From Selaginella moellendorffii (Eukaryota > Plantae > Lycopodiophyta), in assembly GCF_000143415.4 (NCBI RefSeq), contig NW_003314269.1, positions 1,371,544 through 1,435,543 on the forward strand: a stretch of 64,000 nt of DNA, in the 5' to 3' direction. The translations under genes and the position numbers were made by a program. Below the pieces are notes generated by a model. The model did no database searches, was not told the origin of the DNA, and worked only from the letters and a program-made list of their open reading frames with translations. How positions within the stretch are numbered: position 1 is the first letter of the stretch; each line of letters starts with the position of its first letter. Below, in pieces: positions 1 to 11,111 of this stretch.

Positions 1-131
1 GCAATTGACCCCACATTGCAGAGGAGAGTATTTCCGCCCTTCACGTTTCCTCGACCAAAACCCTCTCAACGACCATCGCGAGCACCATTCGCTAATATTG
101 TAGATGGTAAAATTGACTTGTACCATTTTTT

Positions 132-1016
132 ATGCTGACGCATTTCATTTCAGAGTCACGGCGAAGGTACTGTATCGTTTTTGATCTGAACGGTGTCCTT
201 TTCTCCCATGAGCGTGGCTCGTCCTCGAATGTCACTGCACCCTCCAAAGCCTGCGGTCGCAAGTTGGTCAAAAGAGACAAATTCACATTAATCACACGGG
301 AGAAACTGCGGGATCTAATAATGACCATGCGACACTTAAAACAGAGGGCCGGGTTCAATTTGCAATTGGGAGTTTGGACATCCATGATGCGCCACAATGC
401 ATTAACGTTGCTACAGATGATGCACGATCAGACGCGAGTAATATTACCATTTGACTTTCTCCTAATGCAGGAGGATTGCTTGACTATGGTCCATGTGAGG
501 GGTAGCAAGCCCATCTTCGTCAAGCCAGAGGCTGTAGTGATGAACTGGACTACTAGGTCAAGTGAAATCCTCATCATCGATAACTCGCCGATTAAAACTG
601 CAGCGAACACGCACACATATGCAGTGCACCCCATCTCTTGCAGTATGGAAACTAGGGAGAAGAAACCGTATGTTCTGGGGGACCTTGCAGAACGGTTTGG
701 AACGATGGTGATAGAGAACCGGCCAGTCCAGGAGGTGGCTGCAGAAATCAACCAAATGGCAGATAGAACGGTATATCAAAAGCCATTTGATCGGACAGAC
801 ACCAGTCATCATTTATGGCATGTATATTGTCTAGCCAAGCACTATCCGCATCTCCATAATCTGCTCAACCGGATGGGTTCTTCGACCACTGAACATGAGC
901 GTGGACGTATTAGAGAAGAGATGGCATTACTATTGGGTTTAAATCCTGATAGTGTGGAGAGTGATGAAATTCCAAAATTATTGTATAGGCGTTGGAGGCA
1001 AAAAATAACAGTCTGA
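132..1016 (+). CDS. Intronless FCP1/NIF-homology (HAD superfamily) domain protein, 294 aa
   Basis: HAD motif I variant YCIVFDLNGVLF, motif II-like LGVWTS, and late motif ILIIDNSPIK, as in the plant DLNG-type FCP1-homology proteins. Single ORF from ATG to TGA. Confidence 0.65.
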   Translation: MLTHFISESRRRYCIVFDLNGVLFSHERGSSSNVTAPSKACGRKLVKRDKFTLITREKLRDLIMTMRHLKQRAGFNLQLGVWTSMMRHNALTLLQMMHDQTRVILPFDFLLMQEDCLTMVHVRGSKPIFVKPEAVVMNWTTRSSEILIIDNSPIKTAANTHTYAVHPISCSMETREKKPYVLGDLAERFGTMVIENRPVQEVAAEINQMADRTVYQKPFDRTDTSHHLWHVYCLAKHYPHLHNLLNRMGSSTTEHERGRIREEMALLLGLNPDSVESDEIPKLLYRRWRQKITV

Positions 1017-1448
1017 GATGGCATGTATTTATTTAAAAATGTAACTTATTATGGCATGGGGTTCCATGCCATTGTATTAATATTAAAAGACAATTCTTTG
1101 AGAGGATTTGCATTATACTAGAAGTGTTACAGCATGTTATTGGAAGTCTACGAAGTTGTTTTATTAATAAGGGGAAAGTAAAGATTGAATGGGGACTTGG
1201 GCTCCACCTAGACTCGGAACAATTGAGCCAATATTAAAAGGATGGAAAGAAATTGGACGATGATGACAAGGAGAAGAGAGAGGTGAAGCAGTGGCAGGGG
1301 GAGGAGAAGTGATTGAGTAGACATTTCCTTGTTTAAAATAAAATGGCATGTGCCTCAATGCAGTTGAATTTTGTTATATTTATATACTATATAAAGGTTT
1401 GGAAACCTTATTTTACAAGTGGGATAATGACAATTCCCACTTTAACGA

Positions 1449-2065
1449 AATAGAGCTTATTATCTCAAATCTTACGAGTTTCTATTTATGAAATGATGGA
1501 ATATGCTTCATCATTTTTTATTATAAAAACTGAACATTTTTATTATTTACTATTTTGTTAGAAACTATGATCCACATAATTTTGTAGAAGTGTTACATTT
1601 TATAAAGATTATATCCACCTATTATAAACAAAAAACTGTCACTTCAACAAAAAGTGTCGGATGTGATCTTTTTACTTACACCTTAATAACTGGTTACAAT
1701 AATATGCCACATCAGTATTTATTGACATCACAATTTTTAATATCATTAAACAGAAAAGCACATTTATATTTTGATAATAGTTGCAACTTAATTATATATG
1801 CACAAAATACAAACTTATGGTCTAAAAATAAAGGTATTAGATGTGTTTTATGATTACACAAAAATGGAAATTTAATTTTATATTCTTCTAATAATAATGT
1901 TGTTTGGGCGGTCTAATACTTTATGTAATTTTGAAAATTGCTATGAAAATGCCAAATTGGTAATGCAAAAGGATTGTAACTTAGTTTTATATTTTATATA
2001 CCATAAAACATTAAGTATCAAGCCATTAGTAAAACCTGTATGAGCTTCAAAGATATTTTGTTTAA
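1449..2065 (+). pseudogene. 5'-truncated, frameshifted copy of the bulb-type (GNA) lectin gene
   Basis: Near-identical to the reverse complement of 22612-23236 (SVGCDLFTYTLITGYNNMPHQYLL..., CNLVLY). Has premature stops (e.g. TGA at 1851-1853), single-base indels and no N-terminal part. Confidence 0.8.
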
Positions 2066-4490
2066 TAATTTTGTAATAGATATAAATTATATTTTTGCTA
2101 TTTAGTGAAAATATATGATATAGAGGTACAAATAAATGACAAATAAAAGTAGTTGAATAACAATAATCTACCTTATAAATCTTTATATGATAAAGTTTTA
2201 AATATAAATAAATTATATGAAGATCATCATTATTCTTAAGATAGAACTAATTGTAGAATTTTAATTTTGTCATAAAATATTTTATTTCCATAATAAATTC
2301 TTATTTTTTAATTATATTTTACCATATTTTTATACCAAACTGTACATGCATTTATCCTTATCATATATTTTTAAAAATATTTAAAAATATATATTTATAC
2401 AAATAAAGTACTGAAAATATGCTTGTGATATTTACCTCTATAAAATATAAGGTACTCTTTTAAAACATTAAAACTAAATTTCCAGCAAAGATATATATTC
2501 TAAACACTAACATAAGTTTTATAAAAATATATGTACATGAAAAGTCTATCTTATATTGATAATTATTTTAATTTAAAATCTTTAAAATTATTAAAAACTC
2601 CCATAAAACCTATCATCTAGCAAAATCTGCAAGAATAAAAGGATAATTTGTAGCCATCCAATCTCAAGCTAAGGGGAGGGTTAGTATCCATGGTTGTGGG
2701 AAAAATCGTGTGAATGTTTGGATGGCTAGGGTGGCTGGAGGAGAAGAAGCTGTTCTTAGCAAAAGCCAAATCATGACACGTGTCAATATTAGAGAAGACA
2801 CTCTTTGGTCCAGGAATTTGAGATAATCACATTGCACTCATAGGACAGGAGGCCTTGGATCCATTTCCAAATAACATATACTCTTAGCATCATCCAGGGT
2901 GAGTATGGTGCCACATATCTTGCACTCTGACACTTCTATGGCTACTGCATCACCACCTAATGGTTCTACTTTTGGAATTGACCAGCAGTAGAATTACTCC
3001 AGGGCTTCAAAGATTTAGACCAAGAAAATAAGTTAAGCATTGACATTGAGTGCAATTTTTCTTTTTCTTGCTGTTTCAGTGTGACAATCAGGAACAAGAA
3101 ACTTTGTGCCAGTCACTCCACATAGGTGTCAATAGCTGGAATGCTAGGAGAAGGTGTCTTGATGGGCTAGCCACACTGGATATGTCTCTCCAGCTTTATG
3201 TTATGCCAGCTTGCTAGGATTGCCCAAGATCATCTTGAACACAGTGTTGTGCATTGCCCATGTTGAAGATCATCTTGAACTTGATGGCATGGGCCATGGA
3301 ACAATCTGATTAGATTGAAGATCAAACTAAGGTTGGTTGCATTGACATTAGATGCTAGCAATGAGTTGAGAAAGTCCACAAGTCTATATTTAAATTGCAA
3401 TTGTGACTTGTATACCCATAGTTGTGTTGCATGGTTTAAAGTGTTCAATTTTTCATTTTCCAAGTGGGGTGATACTTATATGTCTCAAATTTACATTGAC
3501 CTGACATGTTTATCTGGGAGCCAAACCATGACATGTGTCACTCTGGATTTATGGAAGTCAATCAAAAGTATAGACAACCAGGAAATCACCACTAACTTTT
3601 GGAGCATGGAGAAGTGAACAATCATAAGAACTTATAAATAAGCTTGCAAACAGTATTAGTTTTTCTAGAGGGTCCAATAATTTAACAAACACTAACCTGG
3701 TCTATCCAGTTAGATTGGCTAAAGAGATGAGCTATTGAGGCCAGAATGAACATCGGGATTTAATTAGTTACAGTTTTTTTCCATTCTAAGTCATAGTTTG
3801 TGAACTCTTTTAATCGGTTATAGTGTTTTTTCCATTCCAAGTCATGTTTCTTAGTTTCCAAACTCTTTTCCATTTCTAATTCCTAGGAGCAGTCAACATT
3901 GACAGCCTTATGGCTGTAGCCACCTCAGAGCTCACAAATATCATCACAATCCTAGAAGAGGTGGAAGAAGTGGAAAATCAGAGAAGTTGACAACATATAA
4001 GAGTCTATGTGCAATTACATACCTCTACTTATAGAGATAAATTCAAGTTTGTCAAAAAGGCTAGCAAAGGGTGAAGCAGGATGTTTCTCTCTAGGTTGTG
4101 GCATCACAAGCTTGATGGTCATTGCAACTGAATTATGTGGTAGTGGATGGCAAACCCATCGTTTCTTCTCTGATTTTTTCATCATCATAAAACAATGGAT
4201 TGCTGCCTCCTCTTCTGGCCATTGGTTTTTTATGTGAAGTCTTATGAGTATGCAAGTGTTATGATGTGAGGTAATGGCTGTGTTAGAAAAGTCAAGAAGT
4301 TTTTTAGATAGGTTAGAGTGAAGAAGAGTAACTCCTATGCAACTAAGGATCAACAAAGAAATTGTGAGTTGTGTGTAGGTTTTGTCAGGTCTTTGCCAAA
4401 CTACTTAGCATTAGCTGGACAAATTAATACTTATTAATAAAATAATAATAATAAAAATATTAACCACTTTACTTTTATAAGGTGCCAAAT
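1449..4490. repeat. ~3 kb block with an inverted copy at ~20175-23236; its right part is also repeated directly at 16127-17000
   Basis: Colinear reverse-complement matches throughout, e.g. 4451-4490 vs 20175-20214, and ORFs 3230..3463(-) vs 21185..21520(+). Confidence 0.9.
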
Positions 4491-6448
4491 TCTTGAATTT
4501 AACATCACATTTCTAAAAGCCCTAAAATCGCTAGACGAGCATGGAGAATGTGGAGCAATGGCCAGGTGAGAGCAACTGTGGCCAAATTTGGGGTAAGGAT
4601 TCTTCATGGCAGTGCCAAGGATTCAATCCTTCCAGCGATGACGAACCTCTCCACCGAGGCCACGGCCATTCTCGAATGCCTGGCTTCCCCCGAGATCCTC
4701 GCCAAGAAATCCATGCCCGTCAATTATCGAGTCTACAACGAGGTAGTCTTGGCGCTCCACGACTCGGACAAGGCGCTCGCATTCTTCGACTGGATCACTT
4801 CGGGGCAGTCGCGATTCAAGCACACGGGCTACACAATCAGGCTCATGACCGAGACCATGAACAGGATGAACAGGCGTGAGGAATCCAAGGCCCTGTTCCA
4901 GCTGTGGAAGAAACAGGCATTCCCAGCTCTCGCTGTGAAGTATAGCGAACAGGGGAATCTCCGAGCGACCATCGAGCTTCTCAAGGACATGGCCGAGAAT
5001 GGATCGACGCTGTCCATCCAGGATCTAAATGGCTGCTTGCGAGGACTTTGCAAGGCCGGCAACGTAGATGGTGCTCTAGAGTTTTTTAGAGAAGCCAAGA
5101 ACTCATTCTCCTTGCGAGCCAGTGTCTCTACGTACTCGATTCTTGTCGCTGCGCTCACGGCTGCCAAGAGGAACAACGACGTCTACGAGATCCTACGAGA
5201 AGTGAGAGGAACCGAAGTCAAGCTCGACTTGGTTCTTCGCATCTCTCGGGTTCTCGACGAAGATCTCGACAAGGCACTGGAAAGTTTCAAGGAGTTGTCC
5301 GAGGAGGAATGCGTGGAGGCCGGTGGTGCCGAGTGTTTTCGCAGTCTAGTCCAAGGGTTGTATCAGTCGGATAGAATCGACGAGGCCTGTGGCTTGGCTC
5401 TCAAGCTCGGCTGCGAGTCCGAGGACGTGAACTCGCTGGTTGACAGTCTTTTGGATCGCGGTCGGGTGGATCGAGCTCGCGAGCTGATTCTAGCAATGGC
5501 ACTCAGGCATGGCTCGTCCTCCGTGAGGCTCCACACTTGCAACAGCTTTCTCAGCGCTGTTTGCAAGAATCCGAGAAACACAGCCGAAGCTCTCGAGCTG
5601 CTGGAGCAGATGGAGAGCGTCGGGCTCGAGGCGGACAAAGACACGTACAGCCTAATCATCCATAGCCTGTGCAAGTCCGGGATGGTGGACAAGGCGAAAG
5701 TGCTGGTGGAGCGTATGATCTCGAGAAACTGCGTTCCAGATGCCAGGATTTACGATCCAGTGATCGAGGAGCTCAGCAAAACTGGACGAGTGGACGAGGC
5801 CGTGGAGATTGCCAAGGAAGCAGACGCGAAGCATTGCACTAGCGTCGTCACTTACAACAGCCTTGTTCTGGGATTTCTCAAGGCAAGGAGACTCAAGCGG
5901 GGCATCAAAGTGTTCACGAGGATGGCGAGAACAGGGCCTTCGCCGGACATCTACACGTATAACATCCTCTTCGAAGGCTTGAGCCGGCACGGGCTGTGGA
6001 GATTTGCGTACAAGCTGCTACCACGGATGAACCAAGATGGTGTTCTTCCCGACGTCGTAACTTTCAACTCGCTGGTCAATGGGCTTGTAGAAGACAACCG
6101 GTACCACCGCGCTGTTACACTGATCCAGGAGATGGTATCCAGAGGCTGTGATCCCAATGCCATCACTTACACGATTCTTCTCAAGTGGCCCGCCAGGAAT
6201 GCCAGGACCGACGAGTGTGTGGAGCTCTTCCAGAGGTTGCTCGACCGGAAGCTAGCTCCCAACGTTTACACTTACAACACTGTGATGAGCGCTCTTTGCA
6301 AGGCCGGGAGACTCGACCAGGCTCACAGGCTCTTCGGGGTGATGCTCGCGAGTGACAGTACTCCTCCCAACGCGATCACGTACCGGGCTCTCATTCACGG
6401 CCTCTGCTTGAAGATGGAGCTGGAAAGAGCCGTGCTTCTGCTCGACGC

Positions 6449-6588
6449 TGTGGTATTATGAAACGGTGTTGTGTTATTATTATGACGGTTGATACATGGT
6501 TAAATGTATGGGTTTATCGTGACGATCCGTGGCGGCGTCTGGATCGCTCACGTGGCTGTGTGCTGACGTGGTCTTGTTCACTCCCACA
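6449..6588 (-). repeat. Copia 3' LTR (140 bp)
   Basis: tgtggtatt...ctcccaca, identical by eye to 11112-11251. Polypurine tract GAGGAGGAG lies immediately adjacent on the minus strand (6589-6597). Confidence 0.97.
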
Positions 6589-9500
6589 CTCCTCCTCAAG
6601 GCCAACGTCTAAGGTCAGCCCAAGTGCCTTCGTGAAGACTTCATGTTTAACACGAGGAAGTGGTTTTGTTAGCACGTCCGCTAGCATGGAGTTTGTCGGG
6701 CAGAACTCCAGCTCGATCATTCCTCTCTGGATCTGCTCTCGTATGAAATGGAAGCGCAGCTCAATGTGTTTAGTACGAGAGTGGAACCTGGAGTTCTTGG
6801 TCAAAGCTATTGCAGACTGGTTGTCACACAATAGCTTGACCACGCCCGTGTTGATTTGTAGATCCTGGAGAAGTCCCTTCAGCCACGCTGCTTCCTTGGT
6901 TCCAGCTGCTGCAGCTATGTACTCAGCCTCAGTACTCGACATCGCTGTAATAGCCTGTCGTTTGCTGCACCAGCTTGCGACATTTCCATTTAGCAGGAAA
7001 ACGTAGCCTGTGGTTGACTTCCTGTTGTCTGGATCCCCGGCCCAATCAGCATCAGAGTAACCAGCCAGCTTGTTGCCGCTCTCGCCTCTGGAGTACTTTA
7101 AACTTAGCTGGTTAGTCCCTGCCACGTACCTCATAATACGTTTCAAAGCCTGCCAGTGTGCTGTGGAGGGACGGTCCAGGTACTTCGCCACTGTTCCCAC
7201 AGCATATGCAAGGTCAGGCCGAGTGGAGATTACCAGGTAGATCAGGCTGCCGACCATAGAGCGATAGACTGCTCTAGATGCTTTCTCCTCCTCGGGAGAT
7301 TGATCAAGGTACTCTCCACTCTCAGCAGATAATTTCGAGCCTGTTTCCATGGGAGTAGCAACCGGATTAACATGAGCAAGGCCATACCTCTGGAGCACGT
7401 CGGAAACATATTTTGCCTGGCTTAGCTCCAGAGTGCCTCGTTCCCTGTTGCGCGTCACCTGGATACCGAGGCAGAAATGCAACTCACCGAGGTCTTTCAT
7501 GGCAAATTTAGCGCCAAGGTACGTTTTAAATTTGTGGATCAAACGTAGCTGATTTGCCACGAGAATAGCATCGTCCACATATAGCGCAAGGAACAAATAG
7601 CCCTCAGCGTCAAAATATATGTAGAGGTTACAATCAGCAGCACTGCGCACGAAACCAAGGGAAATTAGAAAAGAATCTATTTTCATGTACCATTGGCGTG
7701 GCGACTGCTTGAGTCCGTAGAGAGCTTTGTTAAGCTTGCAAACGAGGTGTTCTTCTCCAGGCTGGATAAAACCAGGAGGCTGAGCCACATACACCTCTTC
7801 ATCGATGTCGCCGTTAAGGAACGCAGTGCAAACGTCAAGTTGATGGAGCTCGAGATCCAATTCTGCAGCTAGGATTAGTAGCATACGAATGGTTGTGAGT
7901 TTCACCACCGGGCTGTAAGTCTCCGAGTAGTCCAGCCCATGAACTTGAGAAAATCCGCGTGCCACAAATCTCGCCTTGTAGCGCTCAATGCTTCCATCAG
8001 CGTTGTACTTTTTCTTAAACAACCACTTGGATGAGACGAGCTTTCTGCGAGCTGGAAGTTCAACCAGCGACCAAGTGTTGTTTTTCTGGAGAGAATCATA
8101 CTCCTCCTGCATAGCTGCCTGCCAGTGTTCAGCTTCTGGTCCATGTAGAGCCGCTTGGGGACCGAGAGAGGCAGGTGGAGCCGACAGAGCCCAGAAGTAG
8201 GCACGCTTTCCTATAGGCATCGCCTCCTTGGCTTTAAGAGATGGTTTCACGACACGACCCGAGCGTGTCACCACTGCTGTGCCGGCTGGAGGAGGTGGTA
8301 GCTTGGGAATGCTGGGAGGAGTGGTGGCATCTTGATATAACTCATCGCCAACGAACAGGTCAGCCACAAGCGTGGAAAGATCTGGCTGTTCATTGGTGCT
8401 TGAGGATGCAGCCGCTGTGGCCTGTGGAGTCGTCAGAGGAGGTGTCGAAGGAAGAGAAGTACCGTGATCAGCTCCTCCTGCCAGATCGCCTCCTTCGGGC
8501 GCTCCTTCAGCAACTCCTCCTGGCTCTGCAGCGGCTGGATTGTCTGGTGCTGGGTGGAGATGTGGAACGTCGTCCAAAATCTCAGAAAGATCCACCAGAG
8601 ATGGTGGAGAAACAGGAGGGAGTCTCAGGGTATCTCGATAAAGACGAGCTTCATCAAACACCACATCTCGGCTCACCACCAGTTTCCTGCGCTGGCAGTT
8701 ATAGAGTCGATAGGCTTTTACCTGGGTGTGATAGCCCATGAAGATGCATTTCTCGCTCTTGGGATCCAGCTTCCGCCGCTGAACATTGGGGATGTGGGCG
8801 TAGGCTATGCAACCAAACACCCTCAAGTGCCCTAACTTGGGGCGCTTCCCAGTCCATACTTGAAACGGCACCTGTCCTGTGGAACGTGTTGGCAGCCGGT
8901 TCCGGAGGTACACTGCTGTGTTGAGTGCCTCTCCCCAAAACACCTTGGGCATGCCAGCGTGCTGGAGAAGGCAGCGTACACAGTCCATAAGTGTCCTGTT
9001 CAGGCGCTCGGCGACCCCATTCTGCTGCGAGGTGTGGGCTGCGGTGTACTCGTGGTGGATGCCAGCCTGAGCAAGAAATGCCAGAAACTCCTTGCTCATA
9101 TACTCACCGCCGCCATCTGAACGTAGTGTCCGGATGGTACAGCCAGTGGCATTTTCTGCCCAGCTTTTGTAGACCTGGAAGTGATGGTAGACCTCTCCCT
9201 TGTGTGCCATGAGAACAGCCACCGCATAGCGTGAGTAGTCGTCAATGAACGAAACGAAGTACCGCTTGTGACTGAGAGTTGCTTCTGGCACATGGCACAC
9301 ATCCGTGTGTACCAGCTGAAGAAATCCTGAGGCGCCATCTTCTGGATTTCTGCGTGGAAAGGGTAGTCTTGCCTGCTTCCCCAGTTGGCACGTCTCACAT
9401 ACTCCCAGTTGGCCGGCACCGGTGAGGGTAAAGTCATCAGCAAGCTTGTGGCTAGCAAGTAGCTGGATGTCGTGAGAATTGGCATGCCCTAGCCGAGCGT

Positions 9501-10842
9501 GCCAGAGCTGGAGAGAGTTGGCAGCCCAGGAGCTGGGGCGAATTGCAAGCAAATGCCCCTGCTCGTGAGTTGAGAGGATCAACTGAGCATTGAGCTTGTA
9601 GAGAGTCTCAGCTCGTCTACCAAAAGCTACTGGATGGCCAGTCTCGTCAAAGATGGTGCATCCGTCTGCGTTGAAGAGTGTTGAGAAGCCTTGATCTGCT
9701 GCTACACCAACTGAGAACACTGTCTGTCCTGCTTCTGGTACGTAGTAGACCTGGTTCACGAGCTTCTCAGCTCCACTCTCCAACTTTATGATGACCGTTC
9801 CTTGTCCTTCCACTGTTAAGGGGCGTTTGTCTCCTACAAAGACTTGCTTCTCCTGCTCCAGTGGGCGATACTTGTGAAAAGCTCTCTTCAATGGTGTGAG
9901 GTGCATCGAGGCTCCAGAATCCATCCAGAGCACTTCGGCTTCGGACACAGATGCAGCGAGCGTCATCATCAACATCGTGTCAGGTTGGCGTGAAGAAGAG
10001 CTTCTTTCAGCGCGAGCTTTCTCTGCGGCTTTCTTGATCCGGCATTCACGCTCCACGTGGCCAGCTTTGCCGCAGTAGTAACATGGGCCCTTGCGTTTTT
10101 TATTGGTTGCAAATCCAGGGCTGGGAGAAGGGCTCTTTTGTCCTCGAACAGGGCCATCTCGTTTCTTCCCACCCGATTGCTTTCCCATGATCAAGGCCTG
10201 CTCCACCCGAGCAGCCTGAGAGGGCGCCTTTTGTCTCCGCTCGTTCTGCTTTCGTTCTTCCTCGATCAGGTCCGAGTAGAGCGAGTCCAAGTCCTTTCCA
10301 GGTACAGCCGAGAGCATCGATGCGAAAGGTTGGAGATCAGGGGAGACAGAGCTCAGAAGGAATGCCTTAGCTTGGTCAATGGTGATTGCCGCTTCCGCGT
10401 CCTTCAGCTCGGTGATCATCGCTTTAAACTTTCCAATGTAAGTGGCCATGGTGTCATCAGGTTGCATTCTCATCGTGAAGAACCTTTGTGTTAGCACCAC
10501 CTTAGCATTGGCAGCTTTGGCAGCGAAGATTTGTGTAAGGGATGTCCAGTTCTGGTGGGCTGTTTTGGTAAGATCAAGGAGATGAACGAATTCATCCCCA
10601 AGACCTAACCCGATGACAGAGAGCGCTTTTCGATTCTTGGAGTCCCAGTCGAGCCGTTGGGTTACATCCGCAGCAGCCGGACGTTGAGTCGTTCCATCCA
10701 CTATAGGCCAGCAGTCCTTGGCCAAAAGGATAAGCTGTACTTTTGTTTTCCAAGTGGAGAAATTCTGTCCCGTGAACTTTTGGAGAAGTTTCTCCCAGCC
10801 CCCAGAGTCCCAAGAATTTCCTGCTGCGTTAGCAGAAGACAT
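6514..10842 (-). CDS. gag-pol: Copia gag-pol polyprotein, 1442 aa (Gag, CCHC knuckle, protease, integrase, RT, RNase H)
   Basis: CYYCGKAGHVEREC; MDSGAS; WHARLGH..CETC; HTDV / RSDGGGEY / QNGVAER; LYVDD; YSDADWAG / EAEY / CDNQSA / ADVLTK. Confidence 0.97.
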   Translation of the reverse strand: MSSANAAGNSWDSGGWEKLLQKFTGQNFSTWKTKVQLILLAKDCWPIVDGTTQRPAAADVTQRLDWDSKNRKALSVIGLGLGDEFVHLLDLTKTAHQNWTSLTQIFAAKAANAKVVLTQRFFTMRMQPDDTMATYIGKFKAMITELKDAEAAITIDQAKAFLLSSVSPDLQPFASMLSAVPGKDLDSLYSDLIEEERKQNERRQKAPSQAARVEQALIMGKQSGGKKRDGPVRGQKSPSPSPGFATNKKRKGPCYYCGKAGHVERECRIKKAAEKARAERSSSSRQPDTMLMMTLAASVSEAEVLWMDSGASMHLTPLKRAFHKYRPLEQEKQVFVGDKRPLTVEGQGTVIIKLESGAEKLVNQVYYVPEAGQTVFSVGVAADQGFSTLFNADGCTIFDETGHPVAFGRRAETLYKLNAQLILSTHEQGHLLAIRPSSWAANSLQLWHARLGHANSHDIQLLASHKLADDFTLTGAGQLGVCETCQLGKQARLPFPRRNPEDGASGFLQLVHTDVCHVPEATLSHKRYFVSFIDDYSRYAVAVLMAHKGEVYHHFQVYKSWAENATGCTIRTLRSDGGGEYMSKEFLAFLAQAGIHHEYTAAHTSQQNGVAERLNRTLMDCVRCLLQHAGMPKVFWGEALNTAVYLRNRLPTRSTGQVPFQVWTGKRPKLGHLRVFGCIAYAHIPNVQRRKLDPKSEKCIFMGYHTQVKAYRLYNCQRRKLVVSRDVVFDEARLYRDTLRLPPVSPPSLVDLSEILDDVPHLHPAPDNPAAAEPGGVAEGAPEGGDLAGGADHGTSLPSTPPLTTPQATAAASSSTNEQPDLSTLVADLFVGDELYQDATTPPSIPKLPPPPAGTAVVTRSGRVVKPSLKAKEAMPIGKRAYFWALSAPPASLGPQAALHGPEAEHWQAAMQEEYDSLQKNNTWSLVELPARRKLVSSKWLFKKKYNADGSIERYKARFVARGFSQVHGLDYSETYSPVVKLTTIRMLLILAAELDLELHQLDVCTAFLNGDIDEEVYVAQPPGFIQPGEEHLVCKLNKALYGLKQSPRQWYMKIDSFLISLGFVRSAADCNLYIYFDAEGYLFLALYVDDAILVANQLRLIHKFKTYLGAKFAMKDLGELHFCLGIQVTRNRERGTLELSQAKYVSDVLQRYGLAHVNPVATPMETGSKLSAESGEYLDQSPEEEKASRAVYRSMVGSLIYLVISTRPDLAYAVGTVAKYLDRPSTAHWQALKRIMRYVAGTNQLSLKYSRGESGNKLAGYSDADWAGDPDNRKSTTGYVFLLNGNVASWCSKRQAITAMSSTEAEYIAAAAGTKEAAWLKGLLQDLQINTGVVKLLCDNQSAIALTKNSRFHSRTKHIELRFHFIREQIQRGMIELEFCPTNSMLADVLTKPLPRVKHEVFTKALGLTLDVGLEEECGSEQDHVSTQPRERSRRRHGSSR

Positions 10843-10879
10843 TCTATCTATTAATCTAAGAATAGATTAAACAGAGAAT

Positions 10880-11086
10880 TTAGAAAGGACGGCGTGGAGA
10901 AGAATCGTGAAAAACTCGGCCGCAACAAGGGCACACCATCCGGCAGGCTGGGCAAAGAGCTTGTTGGCGCTTTCGGTCCTGGATCTTCCGCTCCACCCGC
11001 GCCAGCACTGCCAAAGCCCTCGCGCGCTCCTGAGCCAAGGGTTCCTGGCCCCTTTGATTCTTCATCTGCCACTGTCCTCTTGCCAT
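10880..11086 (-). CDS. Small upstream ORF in the Copia leader (68 aa, basic, CxxC-x3-CxxC)
   Basis: True ATG (ctaATGG) ~14 nt after the PBS. Encodes ...RVERKIQDRKRQQALCPACRMVCPCCGR...; stop lies 37 nt before the gag ATG. Confidence 0.4.
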   Translation of the reverse strand: MARGQWQMKNQRGQEPLAQERARALAVLARVERKIQDRKRQQALCPACRMVCPCCGRVFHDSSPRRPF

Positions 11087-11099
11087 TAGATCGTTCGCT

Positions 11100-11111
11100 G
11101 CTCCGATACCA
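11100..11111 (-). promoter_or_regulatory. Copia primer-binding site, tRNA-iMet type
   Basis: TGGTATCGGAGC directly after the 5' LTR; canonical is TGGTATCAGAGC, so one G-U wobble. Confidence 0.9.
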
